32,000 bases of DNA from Synechocystis sp. PCC 6803 substr. PCC-P (GTDB lineage Bacteria; Cyanobacteriota; Cyanobacteriia; Cyanobacteriales; Microcystaceae): NCBI RefSeq assembly GCF_000284455.1, contig NC_017039.1, positions 990,001 through 1,022,000 of the forward strand, read 5' to 3'. The translations under genes were made by a program, and so were the position numbers. The notes beneath the pieces are model-generated. The model did not search any database and had not been told where the DNA came from. It was given only the letters and a program-made list of their open reading frames with translations. Below are positions 19,489-29,409 of the stretch, in pieces; within the stretch, counting starts at the first letter, position 1, and the number at the start of each line of letters is the position of its first letter.

Positions 19489-20862
19489 CTAAGCTTTAAT
19501 AGACTTAATTTTCAAGCTGTCCAGATAGGCCTGGGGATTTTCTGGATCGAAGGTTATGCCGTCAAAGAAAGTCTCAATTCCCCGGGAAGGACTACTGGGA
19601 ATTTGATCTGCTGGTACCTCCAACGCCTGGGCTGCTTCTCGCCATAGATCTTCACGATTGACTTTATCCACAATGGCTTTGGTGTCCGTACTCGCTGGCA
19701 AATAGCCCCAGCGAATATTCTCAGTTAAAAACCATTGGTCATGACTTTTATAGGGATAGGAAGCATTATCGACCCAATATTTCTGCATAATTTCTTGATC
19801 TTCAAAGGTTTCTTGGCCATTGCCGAAGTTATAAATACCTTTGGAGCGGTCAATAATATCTTCAAAGGGAACTTTAAACCATTCCCGTTTAGAGAGAATT
19901 TGACACATTTCTTCCTTATTCTCTGCCTGGTCACACCATTGCTGGGCTTCCATCACCGCCATTAACAACGCTTTAGCAGCTTTGGGATTCTGATCTACCC
20001 AATCGGCCCGCATGCCAAACGCTTTTTCGGGATGATCCTTCCAAAGTTGACCAGTGGTTAATGCCTGATAGCCGACTCCTTGGTTAACAGTTTGTAAAGG
20101 CCATGGTTCACCAACACAGAAAGATTCCATGGCGTTAACTTTAACGTTGGCCACCATTTGGGCGGGGGGAACCACAATGGTAGAAAAATCTTTACCTGGT
20201 TCCATGCCTCCAGCGGCTAACCAGTAGCGAATCCACATGTCGTGGGTGCCGCCAGGAAAAGTCATGGCCACTTTAGGATCCGTTACTTTGGCAAAGGCTT
20301 CTTTGAGGGGAGCAGCGTCGGTACCCACTTTTAAGTCTTTATAATTATTGCCCAACTGAATGCCTTGGCCATTGACATTTAAGCGGGCCAAAATGTACAT
20401 CGGGGTTGGTTTTCCATCGGTTACAGTGCCCATGGTAATGAGGTAAGGCATGGGGGTAAGAATATGGGCCCCATCAATACCGCCACTGGCGGAACCCAAT
20501 ACGAGGTTATCTCTGGTAGTACCCCAGGAAGCCTGCTTCAACACTTCCACATCCGGCATGCCATATTTGGCGTAAAAACCCTTTTCCTTGGCAATAATCA
20601 ACGGGGCAGCATCGGTTAGGGCAATAAAACCCAATTTGGCGGTGGTTACTTCCGGGGCATTCTCCCCCTCGACTAAAGGACTAATGGCTTGATCCGTGCT
20701 GGACCCTGTACCCGTCCCGGTGGATGTGGTGGTGGGGGAAGTACAACCATGGAGAACCACTCCTCCAATAGCGGCGGCCCCTGCGGTAAACATGAACTTG
20801 CGTCGGGTGCTTCGGGAAAAATTACTCATAGTGTAGGCAATAACTAAGGCCAGAAAGGGCAA
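19489..20862 (-). CDS. nrtA: Nitrate/nitrite-binding lipoprotein NrtA
   Basis: 457 aa ORF, likely start at 20826 (MSNFSRSTRRKFMFTAG...). Twin-arginine plus lipobox signal (RRKF...VVLHGC), binding-protein motifs TTRDNLVLGSASGGIDGAHILTPMPYLIT, ESFCVGEPWP. Confidence 0.96.
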   Translation of the reverse strand: MPFLALVIAYTMSNFSRSTRRKFMFTAGAAAIGGVVLHGCTSPTTTSTGTGTGSSTDQAISPLVEGENAPEVTTAKLGFIALTDAAPLIIAKEKGFYAKYGMPDVEVLKQASWGTTRDNLVLGSASGGIDGAHILTPMPYLITMGTVTDGKPTPMYILARLNVNGQGIQLGNNYKDLKVGTDAAPLKEAFAKVTDPKVAMTFPGGTHDMWIRYWLAAGGMEPGKDFSTIVVPPAQMVANVKVNAMESFCVGEPWPLQTVNQGVGYQALTTGQLWKDHPEKAFGMRADWVDQNPKAAKALLMAVMEAQQWCDQAENKEEMCQILSKREWFKVPFEDIIDRSKGIYNFGNGQETFEDQEIMQKYWVDNASYPYKSHDQWFLTENIRWGYLPASTDTKAIVDKVNREDLWREAAQALEVPADQIPSSPSRGIETFFDGITFDPENPQAYLDSLKIKSIKA

Positions 20863-20900
20863 CTGCTGACGATCACATTCCTAGACTGGATTTTTTCCTT

Positions 20901-20924
20901 GTAAATATTTGTATAGTTTGTAAC
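20901..20924 (-). promoter_or_regulatory. Candidate NtcA-binding region upstream of nrtA
   Basis: Minus strand reads GTTACAAACTATACAAATATTTAC, containing two overlapping near-matches to GTAN8TAC: GTTN8TAC (20911-20924) and ATAN8TAC (20901-20914). Neither is a perfect match. Confidence 0.4.
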
Positions 20925-20964
20925 TAATAATTAATTTTCATGCGATTACTGCATTGGTGCTGGC

Positions 20965-22014
20965 TTATTTTGCATATAACTGCAGTCGATGCCATTGTTG
21001 TTTGACCAGACCGTCGTCAATGAGCTTTTCCGCTTTGGCGATCGCCGTTTCTAGATTGGGAGCATCCGTATGTTGCCAGAGATAAAAAGCACTGTTCCAA
21101 ATTAGGGCTGACCGCAGGGGAGTTTGTTCCCCATTCAAAGTGGCTTGGGCCAACTCAAGATAATCAACCAAATTAGTCCAGACCGGATTTTTCCCCCCCA
21201 GACCAAAATCGGCGGCGTGGAGTCGCAAACGGGTCAGGGCGTTTTCTGCCTTGGTCAAATCGTACAAACCAATGATGGCTGTGCGCTCCTGGGGCAAATC
21301 ACAGCTTCCTTCCAAACCTTTCACTGTGGTGAATGTACTAACGCCTCGTAGACTGAGAGCCTCAGCAATCATATTTTCCGTGGGGGGATGGACAAACCCC
21401 GCCACCACATGGTGTTTACCGGCATAGGGAACCCAAATTAACTCTAGGGTTGCCAGGGGAGGGCGTTTGCCGATTTCTTCCCGGTAAATTACCAACTTCT
21501 GGGCTTCAGGAAAATATTTGGGCAGATAAACAAAACCCACATTAGTTTTTTCTAAAATATCCTGTGTGGCCAACAGAGATGGCGATCGCCAATTCACTCC
21601 TAGCCCTTCCCACAACTCCACCAGGGGAATTCCTTCCTTTGTGGGCATCCGATCACCGCCATGTTGAATTACCGGACAACCCGCCGTTGCCAGCACCAGG
21701 GCTGTGAGAGGTCCCACGGGACAGGTGCGATCTCGGCCATCGTAGGGTTGACTAAGCACAATTACCGTTTGACCAGAGCTAAGGGCAGGAATTTTGGGTC
21801 CCCATTGCTCAAAGGCATCCAGCATCCCTGCCAATTCAGTTCCTGTGGGACGTTTAATACGATGGGCAATCAAAAAAGCACCAATCTGGGCCGGGGTAGC
21901 TTCCTGGGTTAACATCAACTTCATGGCCTGGGCCGATTCTTCCCTGGTCAAATTTTTGCTGGTATGGGGACCACTACCCACTTTTCTTAATAGCTCTCGA
22001 AATTCCTTGCTCAT
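20965..22014 (-). CDS. Anthranilate phosphoribosyltransferase-like (TrpD family) protein
   Basis: 349 aa; LTREESAQAMKLMLTQEATPAQIGAFLIAHRIKRPTGTELAGM and GCPVIQHGGDRMPTKEG; divergent core suggests a paralog rather than true TrpD. Confidence 0.75.
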   Translation of the reverse strand: MSKEFRELLRKVGSGPHTSKNLTREESAQAMKLMLTQEATPAQIGAFLIAHRIKRPTGTELAGMLDAFEQWGPKIPALSSGQTVIVLSQPYDGRDRTCPVGPLTALVLATAGCPVIQHGGDRMPTKEGIPLVELWEGLGVNWRSPSLLATQDILEKTNVGFVYLPKYFPEAQKLVIYREEIGKRPPLATLELIWVPYAGKHHVVAGFVHPPTENMIAEALSLRGVSTFTTVKGLEGSCDLPQERTAIIGLYDLTKAENALTRLRLHAADFGLGGKNPVWTNLVDYLELAQATLNGEQTPLRSALIWNSAFYLWQHTDAPNLETAIAKAEKLIDDGLVKQQWHRLQLYAK

Positions 22015-22208
22015 AGTTCCGCAAAAATGGGCAGTTTAGGTGTGCTTCGCAAAGATTTTTTATAGCTTTTTACCCAGGGGACAAAGGTGATTTTGGCTAC
22101 CGATCAACTTTTGCAAGGCTGGAAAACTCTTGGGCACGAAAAAACAGAGTATTTATGTACAATGGGAGCAGGCAGAGCCAAGCTCTCACTCCTCTGTAAT
22201 CTTTAATA

Positions 22209-22874
22209 TTGTTGCTTTTCAACTCGGCCATGGCCCTCAAACTTTATTTCCTGCGCCACGCACAAACCGCCTACAGTGCCACCGGAGGCTATTGTGGTAC
22301 CCCGGAAAATGACCCTGGCTTGACCCCAGAAGGAATTTTAATGGCCAAGGAATTTGCTGAAGCCTACGCCCAACACCCCTGGCAAGCAGTTTATGTTAGC
22401 CCTTTGCAACGGGCCCGCCAAACAGTCCAACCCCTATGCGATCGCCTAGGTATTGAAATGCAGATCCGCCCTGGCCTAAGGGAAGTGGCCTATGGAGAAT
22501 GGGAAGGACTCCATCCCGACGAAGTTTACCAAAGGGACCACGACCTTTATATGCAATGGCTCACCGATCCAGCTTGGAACTCTCCCCCCGGTGGAGAAAG
22601 GGGCATTGACATCGCCCGCCGGGGCACTAGGGTGCTAGAGGAAATTGAAGACCGCTTCGATGATGGCAATGTGTTGTTGGTTTCTCACAAAGCCACCATC
22701 CGCATCCTACTCTGCTGCCTCCTGGGCATCGACGTAGGTCGTTACCGAGACCGTTTTGCCATGCCCGTCACCGGACTGAGCGTGGTGGAATTATCTTCCC
22801 GGGGACCGCTCTTTCACTGTATTGCGGAACGGTCTCACCTCAGCCCCTATTTACGTAGTTTGCCCAGCACCTAG
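22209..22874 (+). CDS. Histidine phosphatase / phosphoglycerate mutase family protein
   Basis: 221 aa; LYFLRHAQTAYSATGGYCG (RHG motif variant), SPLQRARQTVQPL, REVAYGEWEG, VLLVSHKATIRILLC. Confidence 0.92.
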   Translation: MLLFNSAMALKLYFLRHAQTAYSATGGYCGTPENDPGLTPEGILMAKEFAEAYAQHPWQAVYVSPLQRARQTVQPLCDRLGIEMQIRPGLREVAYGEWEGLHPDEVYQRDHDLYMQWLTDPAWNSPPGGERGIDIARRGTRVLEEIEDRFDDGNVLLVSHKATIRILLCCLLGIDVGRYRDRFAMPVTGLSVVELSSRGPLFHCIAERSHLSPYLRSLPST

Positions 22875-23203
22875 AGACGGGTAATGCTTACGGGAACCCG
22901 GCCTTTGCGGGGGTTAGCAATTTGTTGGAAAGCAGAACGGCTGAGGTCGATGGAGCAGTTACAACGGTCACTCACCGTCACTACGACCGATTTCCCCGTA
23001 CGGCGATTGGTTACCCTAACTCTGGTTCCTAGGGGCAGACTGGGGTGGGCTGCCACCATGCGACCGTGGTTATAGACTTGGCCGTTGGCCATCTTCCGCC
23101 CTACAAACTGATTGCCATAGAAAGTGGCGGATTGGGCCATCACCGGCAAAGGCAATACCAAGGGAATTAGTAGGCTAGCAAACAAAAAGCGCAAATCGAT
23201 CAA
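22871..23203 (-). CDS. RlpA-like double-psi beta-barrel secreted protein
   Basis: 110 aa; signal peptide, SATFYGNQFVGRKMANGQVYNHGRMVAAHPSLPLGTRVRVTNRRTGKSVVVTVSDRC, IDLSRSAFQQIA. Confidence 0.88.
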   Translation of the reverse strand: MIDLRFLFASLLIPLVLPLPVMAQSATFYGNQFVGRKMANGQVYNHGRMVAAHPSLPLGTRVRVTNRRTGKSVVVTVSDRCNCSIDLSRSAFQQIANPRKGRVPVSITRL

Positions 23204-23299
23204 CCTCTTTAGTTTGAGACAACAATTAGAGGTTAGTAGTGTAGCCTAAGAGACTTTCTTGGTCAAATTATTTGGTTCCCACCAGTAATCCTGGGGAAC

Positions 23300-24592
23300 C
23301 TAACGGCGGGGAAAACGCCGCTTCTGGAGAAAATCAGGAATGTCTAACTCCGGGGCCATGGGAATTTCCCCTAGGGGATCTTCTGGTGTTGTTGTTGATG
23401 GCACTGTCTCCACTCCGGCAGGGGGGCCGCTGAGCACAGGTTTGCTGCTGGTTTTTGCTTGGGGTTTTTCTTTTTCACCGTTGAAGCCCGTGGCAATGAC
23501 GGTAATTCTCATTTCTCCCTGCAGGCGATCGTCAATCACCGCTCCAAAGATGATGTTGGCATCGGCATCCACCACTTCATAGATAATTTCAGCCGCAACA
23601 TTAACTTCGTGCAGGGTCAGATCGGTTCCACCAGTGACATTAAATACGACTCCTTTAGCTCCCTGGATAGAAGATTCCAACAAAGGAGAGGAAATGGCCG
23701 CCGTGGCCGCCTCCTTGGCCCGGGACTTGCCGGAACCCACCCCAATGCCCATTAATGCGGAGCCAGCATCGGCCATCACCGCCCGCACGTCCGCAAAGTC
23801 CACATTCACCAAACCGGGGATGATGATAATGTCGGAAATACCCTGTACCCCCTGGCGCAGAATATCATCGGCTACCCGAAAAGCTTCCTGGAGAGGAGTT
23901 TCGGCGGGAATAACCGACAAAAGTTGGTTATTAGGAATCACAATTAGGGTATCGACCCGCGATTGGAGAGCATTAATGCCTTCCTCAGCTTGCTTAGCCC
24001 GTCGTCGGCCTTCAAAGGTAAATGGACGGGTGACAATGCCCACCGTCAAACAGCCCATTTCTTTGGCCACCTCGGCCACAATGGGAGCTGCTCCAGTGCC
24101 AGTGCCGCCCCCCATGCCCGCAGTAATAAAGACCAAATCCGTACCCTCAAGGGAACGGGCAATTTCATCCCGGGATTCCTCCGCCGCTTTTTGCCCGATC
24201 GCCGGATTACCACCGGCCCCCAAACCCCTGGTGAGTTTTTGGCCAATTTGAATACAATCCGGGGCGTTCGTATTAGTTAATGCCTGGGAATCGGTATTAA
24301 TTGCCCAAAAGTCGATGCCCGTCACCCCACTGGCAATCATACGGTTGACAGCATTGCAACCGCCTCCCCCAACGCCGATCACTTTAATTTTGGCAATGTT
24401 ACTAGGCACAATCTGATCCCTTTTTAGGTTAGGACTAGGGCTGGCAAAAGTAGGTGTTTCTACCAAAGCCTCCAACGGTTCATTGTCAACGATGGAGGAC
24501 GAAAATAAATCATCTAACCCCTCCGTTCCATCATTGAGACCACTACCGGTAAAACCTATGTTATTTAGGGGTAAATCATTATTGAGCGTCAT
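23300..24592 (-). CDS. ftsZ: Cell division protein FtsZ
   Basis: 430 aa; [16 protein letters not shown], tubulin signature [22 protein letters not shown]-terminal [25 protein letters not shown]. Confidence 0.98.
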   Translation of the reverse strand: MTLNNDLPLNNIGFTGSGLNDGTEGLDDLFSSSIVDNEPLEALVETPTFASPSPNLKRDQIVPSNIAKIKVIGVGGGGCNAVNRMIASGVTGIDFWAINTDSQALTNTNAPDCIQIGQKLTRGLGAGGNPAIGQKAAEESRDEIARSLEGTDLVFITAGMGGGTGTGAAPIVAEVAKEMGCLTVGIVTRPFTFEGRRRAKQAEEGINALQSRVDTLIVIPNNQLLSVIPAETPLQEAFRVADDILRQGVQGISDIIIIPGLVNVDFADVRAVMADAGSALMGIGVGSGKSRAKEAATAAISSPLLESSIQGAKGVVFNVTGGTDLTLHEVNVAAEIIYEVVDADANIIFGAVIDDRLQGEMRITVIATGFNGEKEKPQAKTSSKPVLSGPPAGVETVPSTTTPEDPLGEIPMAPELDIPDFLQKRRFPRR

Positions 24593-24841
24593 TGCAGGGG
24601 GGAAGTATTAGGGGAGCAAAATGAGCAAATTCTTAGGGCGCAAAAGCAACCACAGGGAGAGCAACGCTTCCGAAGCAGCAGGGTATTGAAGCCTTTTTAC
24701 GACGACAGAGATCCCCTCGCCCAAGCACAAATCCCAGCGGTCTATCGTCCCTACACTAGGCATATTGAGCAAATTTGTCAATGTGAATCTGAGCTTTTTC
24801 CCTCTATCACGGGAGAATGGCTGGAGTGGAGGGTAAAAATA

Positions 24842-25651
24842 TTAGGGTTTGTTGACGGCTGCTTTTTCCTTGGGGGGTTGGGGACGAAGTTGAATGCTGG
24901 GACTGTCTGGATTTGTGAGGTCAATAAATAGTAAACGTTCCTTGGGCACCCGACTGGGCAAATTCTGCATTTTTTCTAAAACCTGTACTTGTTGCCCGAA
25001 GCGAGAGAGGTCAGAACCTATGAAAACTAAACCTAAATCCGTTGTCAGACTTATGTTACTGGGGTTGTTGCCGTTAATAATCCGGATATTGACAGGGGAC
25101 TGTTGAATCAGAATTTGATGGGTTTGCCAAAAACTGCGGTATTGGGGGCCGTAGCCCAAAAATTGCGGGGTTTGGGGCAGGGTTTTTCTGACCGCCTGGC
25201 TGTAGAGGGAGGCAGGAATATAATTTCCTTCCCCGTCTAAATAGCCCGGACCCTGATCCGCCACGGCGATCGCCACCGGTTGTCGTTCCTGTACGGCCAC
25301 ATTTACCTGGGCCGGAAATAACTGTCTAGTGACTTCTACTCTCAGGAGGGCCGGATTTTTTGCCAGTTCATCCCCCAAGGCCTGGGTAGAAAGTTGCCAA
25401 ACCGCCTGGGGATATTCCAGGTCTAAATCTTCGTATAACGTTTCCCTAGAGACTAGCTTATTGCCCAAAAACTCCACTTGGCGATCGGAGCGGATAGACC
25501 ATTCTGGCCAGCTCATCACCCACACCATGCCCCCCGTCAAACCACAAACACAGACAAATTGCCAGCAGGAGCGCAGACGCTTCCAACGCCTCTGCCACAT
25601 CAGTTGTTCCCGGCGATTTTTCAGGGAATCAGACACAACTAAATCCGTCAT
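24842..25651 (-). CDS. ftsQ: Cell division protein FtsQ/DivIB family
   Basis: 269 aa; single N-terminal TM, POTRA-like segment (VEFLGNKLVSRETLYEDLD...RVEVTRQLFPAQVNVAVQERQPVAIA), immediately upstream of ftsZ on the same strand. Confidence 0.85.
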   Translation of the reverse strand: MTDLVVSDSLKNRREQLMWQRRWKRLRSCWQFVCVCGLTGGMVWVMSWPEWSIRSDRQVEFLGNKLVSRETLYEDLDLEYPQAVWQLSTQALGDELAKNPALLRVEVTRQLFPAQVNVAVQERQPVAIAVADQGPGYLDGEGNYIPASLYSQAVRKTLPQTPQFLGYGPQYRSFWQTHQILIQQSPVNIRIINGNNPSNISLTTDLGLVFIGSDLSRFGQQVQVLEKMQNLPSRVPKERLLFIDLTNPDSPSIQLRPQPPKEKAAVNKP

Positions 25652-25765
25652 GGGAGTTCAATAACCATCATCTCTGAAATGTTATAACCTAGGAATCAAG
25701 GACTCTAAGCACCGCCCTAGGGTTTATTTTCTTAACTAATCTTCACCAACTGTCCGGTAAATCCC

Positions 25766-27037
25766 ATGTTGAAACAAAAACGCAGTCTGATTTTGGGAAC
25801 TACAGCTCTGTTATTGACAACAGTGGCGGTGACGGGGGTTGGGTTGCGATTGGCCCGCTCCCAGGGCTACCTACAGGATAATCCCAAGGAGCTGGTTGAC
25901 GAAGTTTGGCAGATTGTCAACCGCACCTATGTAGATGGTACTTTCAACGGTGAGGATTGGGTAGCGGTTCGCCAGGATTATCTAACACGGGACTACAAAA
26001 ACCAGGAAGAAGCCTACACCGCCATTCGGGAAATGCTGGAGAAGCTAAATGACCCCTACACTCGCTTCATGTCCCCCGATGAGTTTCAATCAATGCGTAT
26101 CGACACTTCCGGTGAATTGACCGGGGTGGGTATTCAAATCACCCAGGACCAGGATACGAAGAAAATTGTGGTGGTGGCTCCCATCGAAGATACCCCCGCC
26201 TACAACGCTGGCATTCTTTCTAAGGACGTAATTACCAAGATTGACGGTAAGTCCACCGATGGCATGGAAGTAGATGACGCAGTGAAGTTAATTCGGGGTA
26301 AGCCCGGCACCAGTGTGGTGCTCACTATTGAGCGGGAAGGGCAGGCGATCGAATATCCTTTGACCCGGACTTTAATTGAAATTCATCCAGTGCGGGCCCA
26401 AGTGGAAGATATTAATGGTGCCAGGGTTGGTTATATCCGTTTAAATCAATTCAGTGCCCAGGCTTCGGAGGAAATGCGCCAAGCAGTGCAGAAATTGGAA
26501 AAAGAGAATGTGGTGGGCTACATTTTCGACCTGCGTTCCAATCCCGGTGGTTTGCTTTATTCCAGTGTGGATATTGCTCGCATTTGGTTGGATGAAGGGG
26601 GCATTGTGTCCACCGTCGATCGCCGAGGGGAAGTGGAACAACAAAGTGCTAACAAGCGGCAGTTGAGTAACCGTCCCCTAGTGGTGTTGGTGGATGGTGG
26701 TTCCGCCAGTGCCAGTGAAATCGTCTCCGGGGCCTTACAGGATAATCAACGGGCCGTCATTGTGGGCACCAAAACCTTTGGTAAGGGATTAGTACAATCG
26801 GTGCGGGAATTGGGGGATGGTTCCGGTATGGCAGTGACGATCGCCAAATATTTAACCCCCAACGGTCGGGACATCAATAAACATGGCATCGACCCCGATG
26901 TGGAAGTAGAACTCACCGACGCCCAGCGGAAGGAATTGCAACAAAATCGGGAAAAAGTAGGCACCCTGGAAGACCCCCAATTTGCCAGGGCCTATGAAGT
27001 GCTAATGCAACAGGTGAACAAAACCGCTTCTAAGTAG
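25766..27037 (+). CDS. Carboxyl-terminal processing protease (Ctp/S41 family)
   Basis: 423 aa; PDZ domain (GVGIQITQDQDTKKIVVVAPIEDTPAYNAGI), FDLRSNPGGLL, DGGSASASEIVSGALQD, GTKTFGKGLVQ (Ser/Lys dyad), YLTPNGRDINKHGIDPDVEVEL. Confidence 0.95.
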   Translation: MLKQKRSLILGTTALLLTTVAVTGVGLRLARSQGYLQDNPKELVDEVWQIVNRTYVDGTFNGEDWVAVRQDYLTRDYKNQEEAYTAIREMLEKLNDPYTRFMSPDEFQSMRIDTSGELTGVGIQITQDQDTKKIVVVAPIEDTPAYNAGILSKDVITKIDGKSTDGMEVDDAVKLIRGKPGTSVVLTIEREGQAIEYPLTRTLIEIHPVRAQVEDINGARVGYIRLNQFSAQASEEMRQAVQKLEKENVVGYIFDLRSNPGGLLYSSVDIARIWLDEGGIVSTVDRRGEVEQQSANKRQLSNRPLVVLVDGGSASASEIVSGALQDNQRAVIVGTKTFGKGLVQSVRELGDGSGMAVTIAKYLTPNGRDINKHGIDPDVEVELTDAQRKELQQNREKVGTLEDPQFARAYEVLMQQVNKTASK

Positions 27038-27084
27038 CTTAAGTAGGTTGAACGAGCTTGTACAATTTCATTCGGTAAAAGTCT

Positions 27085-27750
27085 ATGGTTCAAACTGCCC
27101 TACTTCCCCTCGACTTTCCCGATCTATATCCGGAATCCGACGGTAAACCCATGGCTGACAATACCCTGCAGTATCACTGGATTGTCCGTTTGGTGACCAA
27201 TCTTAAGCATTTATTTCAGGGCAAAACAGTCTTTGTAGCGGGGGATTTACTTTGGTATCCCGAACAAGTGGCCAGTCCCCCCGCACCCTGCCAGGCACCC
27301 GATGCCATGGTGGTTCTGGGAAGACCTGATGGGGAACGACACAGTTACAAACAATGGGAAGAAGACCATATTGCTCCCCAGGTAGTATTTGAAATTCTTT
27401 CCGAGAGTAACAGTGCCAGGGAAATGCTCCATAAGCAAACGTTTTATCGGCGGTATGGAGTATTAGAGATGTTCTTTTACGATCCAGAGTCCTATGACTT
27501 TTGGGGTCAGGCGCGTTCCCACCCAGATGCAGAATTTAAAACCATCACCCTGCTCAATTTTCCCTGGACTTCTCCAACCCTAGGAATTCGCTTTGAAATG
27601 TTTGCCGATGGCTTGAAACTGTTTTTCCCCAACGGAGAGCCATTTAAAGATCCAGAAACCCTTTTTGAAGAAAGGGATCAGGCTCAACAGGAAAGAGACC
27701 GAGCTTTTGCTAAATTGCGGGAATTGGGTATTGACCCTTCTACCCTGTAA
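27085..27750 (+). CDS. Uma2 family (DUF820) protein, paralog of the 3076-3738 gene
   Basis: 221 aa; PESDGKPMADNT, FVAGDLLWYP, APDAMVVLGRPDGERHSYKQWEED, PQVVFEILSESNSAREM. Confidence 0.88.
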   Translation: MVQTALLPLDFPDLYPESDGKPMADNTLQYHWIVRLVTNLKHLFQGKTVFVAGDLLWYPEQVASPPAPCQAPDAMVVLGRPDGERHSYKQWEEDHIAPQVVFEILSESNSAREMLHKQTFYRRYGVLEMFFYDPESYDFWGQARSHPDAEFKTITLLNFPWTSPTLGIRFEMFADGLKLFFPNGEPFKDPETLFEERDQAQQERDRAFAKLRELGIDPSTL

Positions 27751-27854
27751 ATTACCGTTTAGATTGGAACAATTATTCCACTAAGACTATCTGACGTGTA
27801 AATCCACAACCGGCAGAAAAAATCAGCAATTTTGGTTTGACTTTCCCCAATTCC

Positions 27855-28772
27855 TTAGATTTTTTCGGCCCAACGTAATTTGGCGGAACGGGCCCGGGGA
27901 TTTTGCCTCTGCTCTTCTTCTCCGGCAATAATGGGCTTTTTGGTCAGCACCCGTAAATTTTCCGTTTCCCGAAAACGGTGCTTAACAATGCGGTCTTCCA
28001 AGCTATGAAAACTGATAATGCCGAACTTTCCGCCGCTTTTGAGCCAATGGGGAGCTTGGGCAATGAATTTTTCCAGGGAACCTAATTCATCGTTCACTGC
28101 AATGCGTAAACCTTGGAACGTCCTGGTGGCAGGATGGATGCGCCCATGGCGATATTTTCCTGGTACCCATTTGGTGATCGCCTCTGCTAAGTCGGTAGTG
28201 GTTTGGAAGGGACGTTGTTCGACAATTTGCCGAGCAATACGTCGGGAAAGCCGTTCTTCGCCGTATTCATAAAAAATGCGGGCTAAATCTTTTTCGGACC
28301 AGTGGTTAATAATTTCAGCGGCGGTGAGATCCTGGCTTTGGTCCATCCGCATATCCAAGGGAGCAGTGTGGCGAAAACTAAAGCCCCGATCGCCTTGATC
28401 AAGTTGGGGAGAGCTTACTCCTAAATCTGCGATGATGCCGTCAAATTGCTCGAGTTGACCGGGAAAATCAGCAAAGTTACCTTGCCAAGTGTTAATGCTT
28501 ATGTCTTTGCGATCCGCAACTAAGGGTTGCAAACGTTCCATGGCGGCGGCGATCGCCTGGACATCTCGGTCGATCATAGTCAGGGCAAGGGGAATACCTA
28601 ATTTCAGTAATCTTTCGCTGTGGCCCCCAGCTCCCACAGTGGCATCAAGGTAATAGCCACCGGGCTTTGGCTCCAGTCCTTCCACCAGGGCCGTGGGCAA
28701 AACGCTAACGTGATGAAAGTCTGCTATCGCCGTTTGTTTTAAGTTCATTCCTTCCATGGATTTGGCTCCCAT
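27855..28772 (-). CDS. rsmH: 16S rRNA (cytosine1402-N4)-methyltransferase RsmH (MraW)
   Basis: 305 aa; [72 protein letters not shown]. Confidence 0.96.
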   Translation of the reverse strand: MGAKSMEGMNLKQTAIADFHHVSVLPTALVEGLEPKPGGYYLDATVGAGGHSERLLKLGIPLALTMIDRDVQAIAAAMERLQPLVADRKDISINTWQGNFADFPGQLEQFDGIIADLGVSSPQLDQGDRGFSFRHTAPLDMRMDQSQDLTAAEIINHWSEKDLARIFYEYGEERLSRRIARQIVEQRPFQTTTDLAEAITKWVPGKYRHGRIHPATRTFQGLRIAVNDELGSLEKFIAQAPHWLKSGGKFGIISFHSLEDRIVKHRFRETENLRVLTKKPIIAGEEEQRQNPRARSAKLRWAEKI

Positions 28773-28904
28773 CTACGTCCCCAAACGATCCCGCCTTCCC
28801 AGGGTAACAGCCTCCACGGAACTTATCCCCGGCAAAGTAATTCAAACAGAAAATGCAAACCATTAGGATTTTGTCATCCTATTCACCCGAAAGCGACTAG
28901 GCGC

Positions 28905-29381
28905 ATGGTTATTAGCTCACGTCCCTTAAGCGGCTTGAACGGTGTTCTGAGTCGACTTTTTATTGCCAATACTCTCGCCTTCCTCGGCTTATTTGGGGGA
29001 ATGGTGCCGGAGGTAAGTTGGCACCCCACAGCCCTTGTCTTTCGCTGGTCGGCCTATTCCCAGGAATTTTCCCCCGAGAGCATCAATCACTATGCTAAGG
29101 CAGTATTAGCCATTGAAGTAGAACGGAAAAAAGCCTTTGAGGAAATTCAAACCCTCATTGGCCGGGTTCCCCCCCAACTTACCTGCACCAATCGGGACAG
29201 TATCCGCAAGTTACCCCGCAACGCCCAGGCGATCGCCGTTAATTTTTGCAATCGTTCCAAACAAATTGCTGAAGAAAGCGGACTCAAGCCGGGAGAATTT
29301 AATCGCATCACCGAAGCCGCCAAGAATAATGCCAACCTGAAAACCCAAATTCAACGGGCAATCATTAATCTCCGCCGTTAG
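28905..29381 (+). CDS. DUF4168-like exported protein
   Basis: 158 aa; N-terminal hydrophobic segment, then FSPESINHYAKAVLAIEVERKKAFEEI...CNRSKQIAEESGLKPGEFNRITEAAKNNANLKTQI. Confidence 0.7.
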   Translation: MVISSRPLSGLNGVLSRLFIANTLAFLGLFGGMVPEVSWHPTALVFRWSAYSQEFSPESINHYAKAVLAIEVERKKAFEEIQTLIGRVPPQLTCTNRDSIRKLPRNAQAIAVNFCNRSKQIAEESGLKPGEFNRITEAAKNNANLKTQIQRAIINLRR

Positions 29382-29409
29382 TCCCCGACAAATTCTTATT
29401 TAATACTCC

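Noticed and set aside
23459-24280. Plus-strand ORFs (98, 205, 105 aa) across 23459-24280
   Set aside because: Antisense shadows of the highly conserved ftsZ coding sequence; composition is typical of reverse-frame artefacts.
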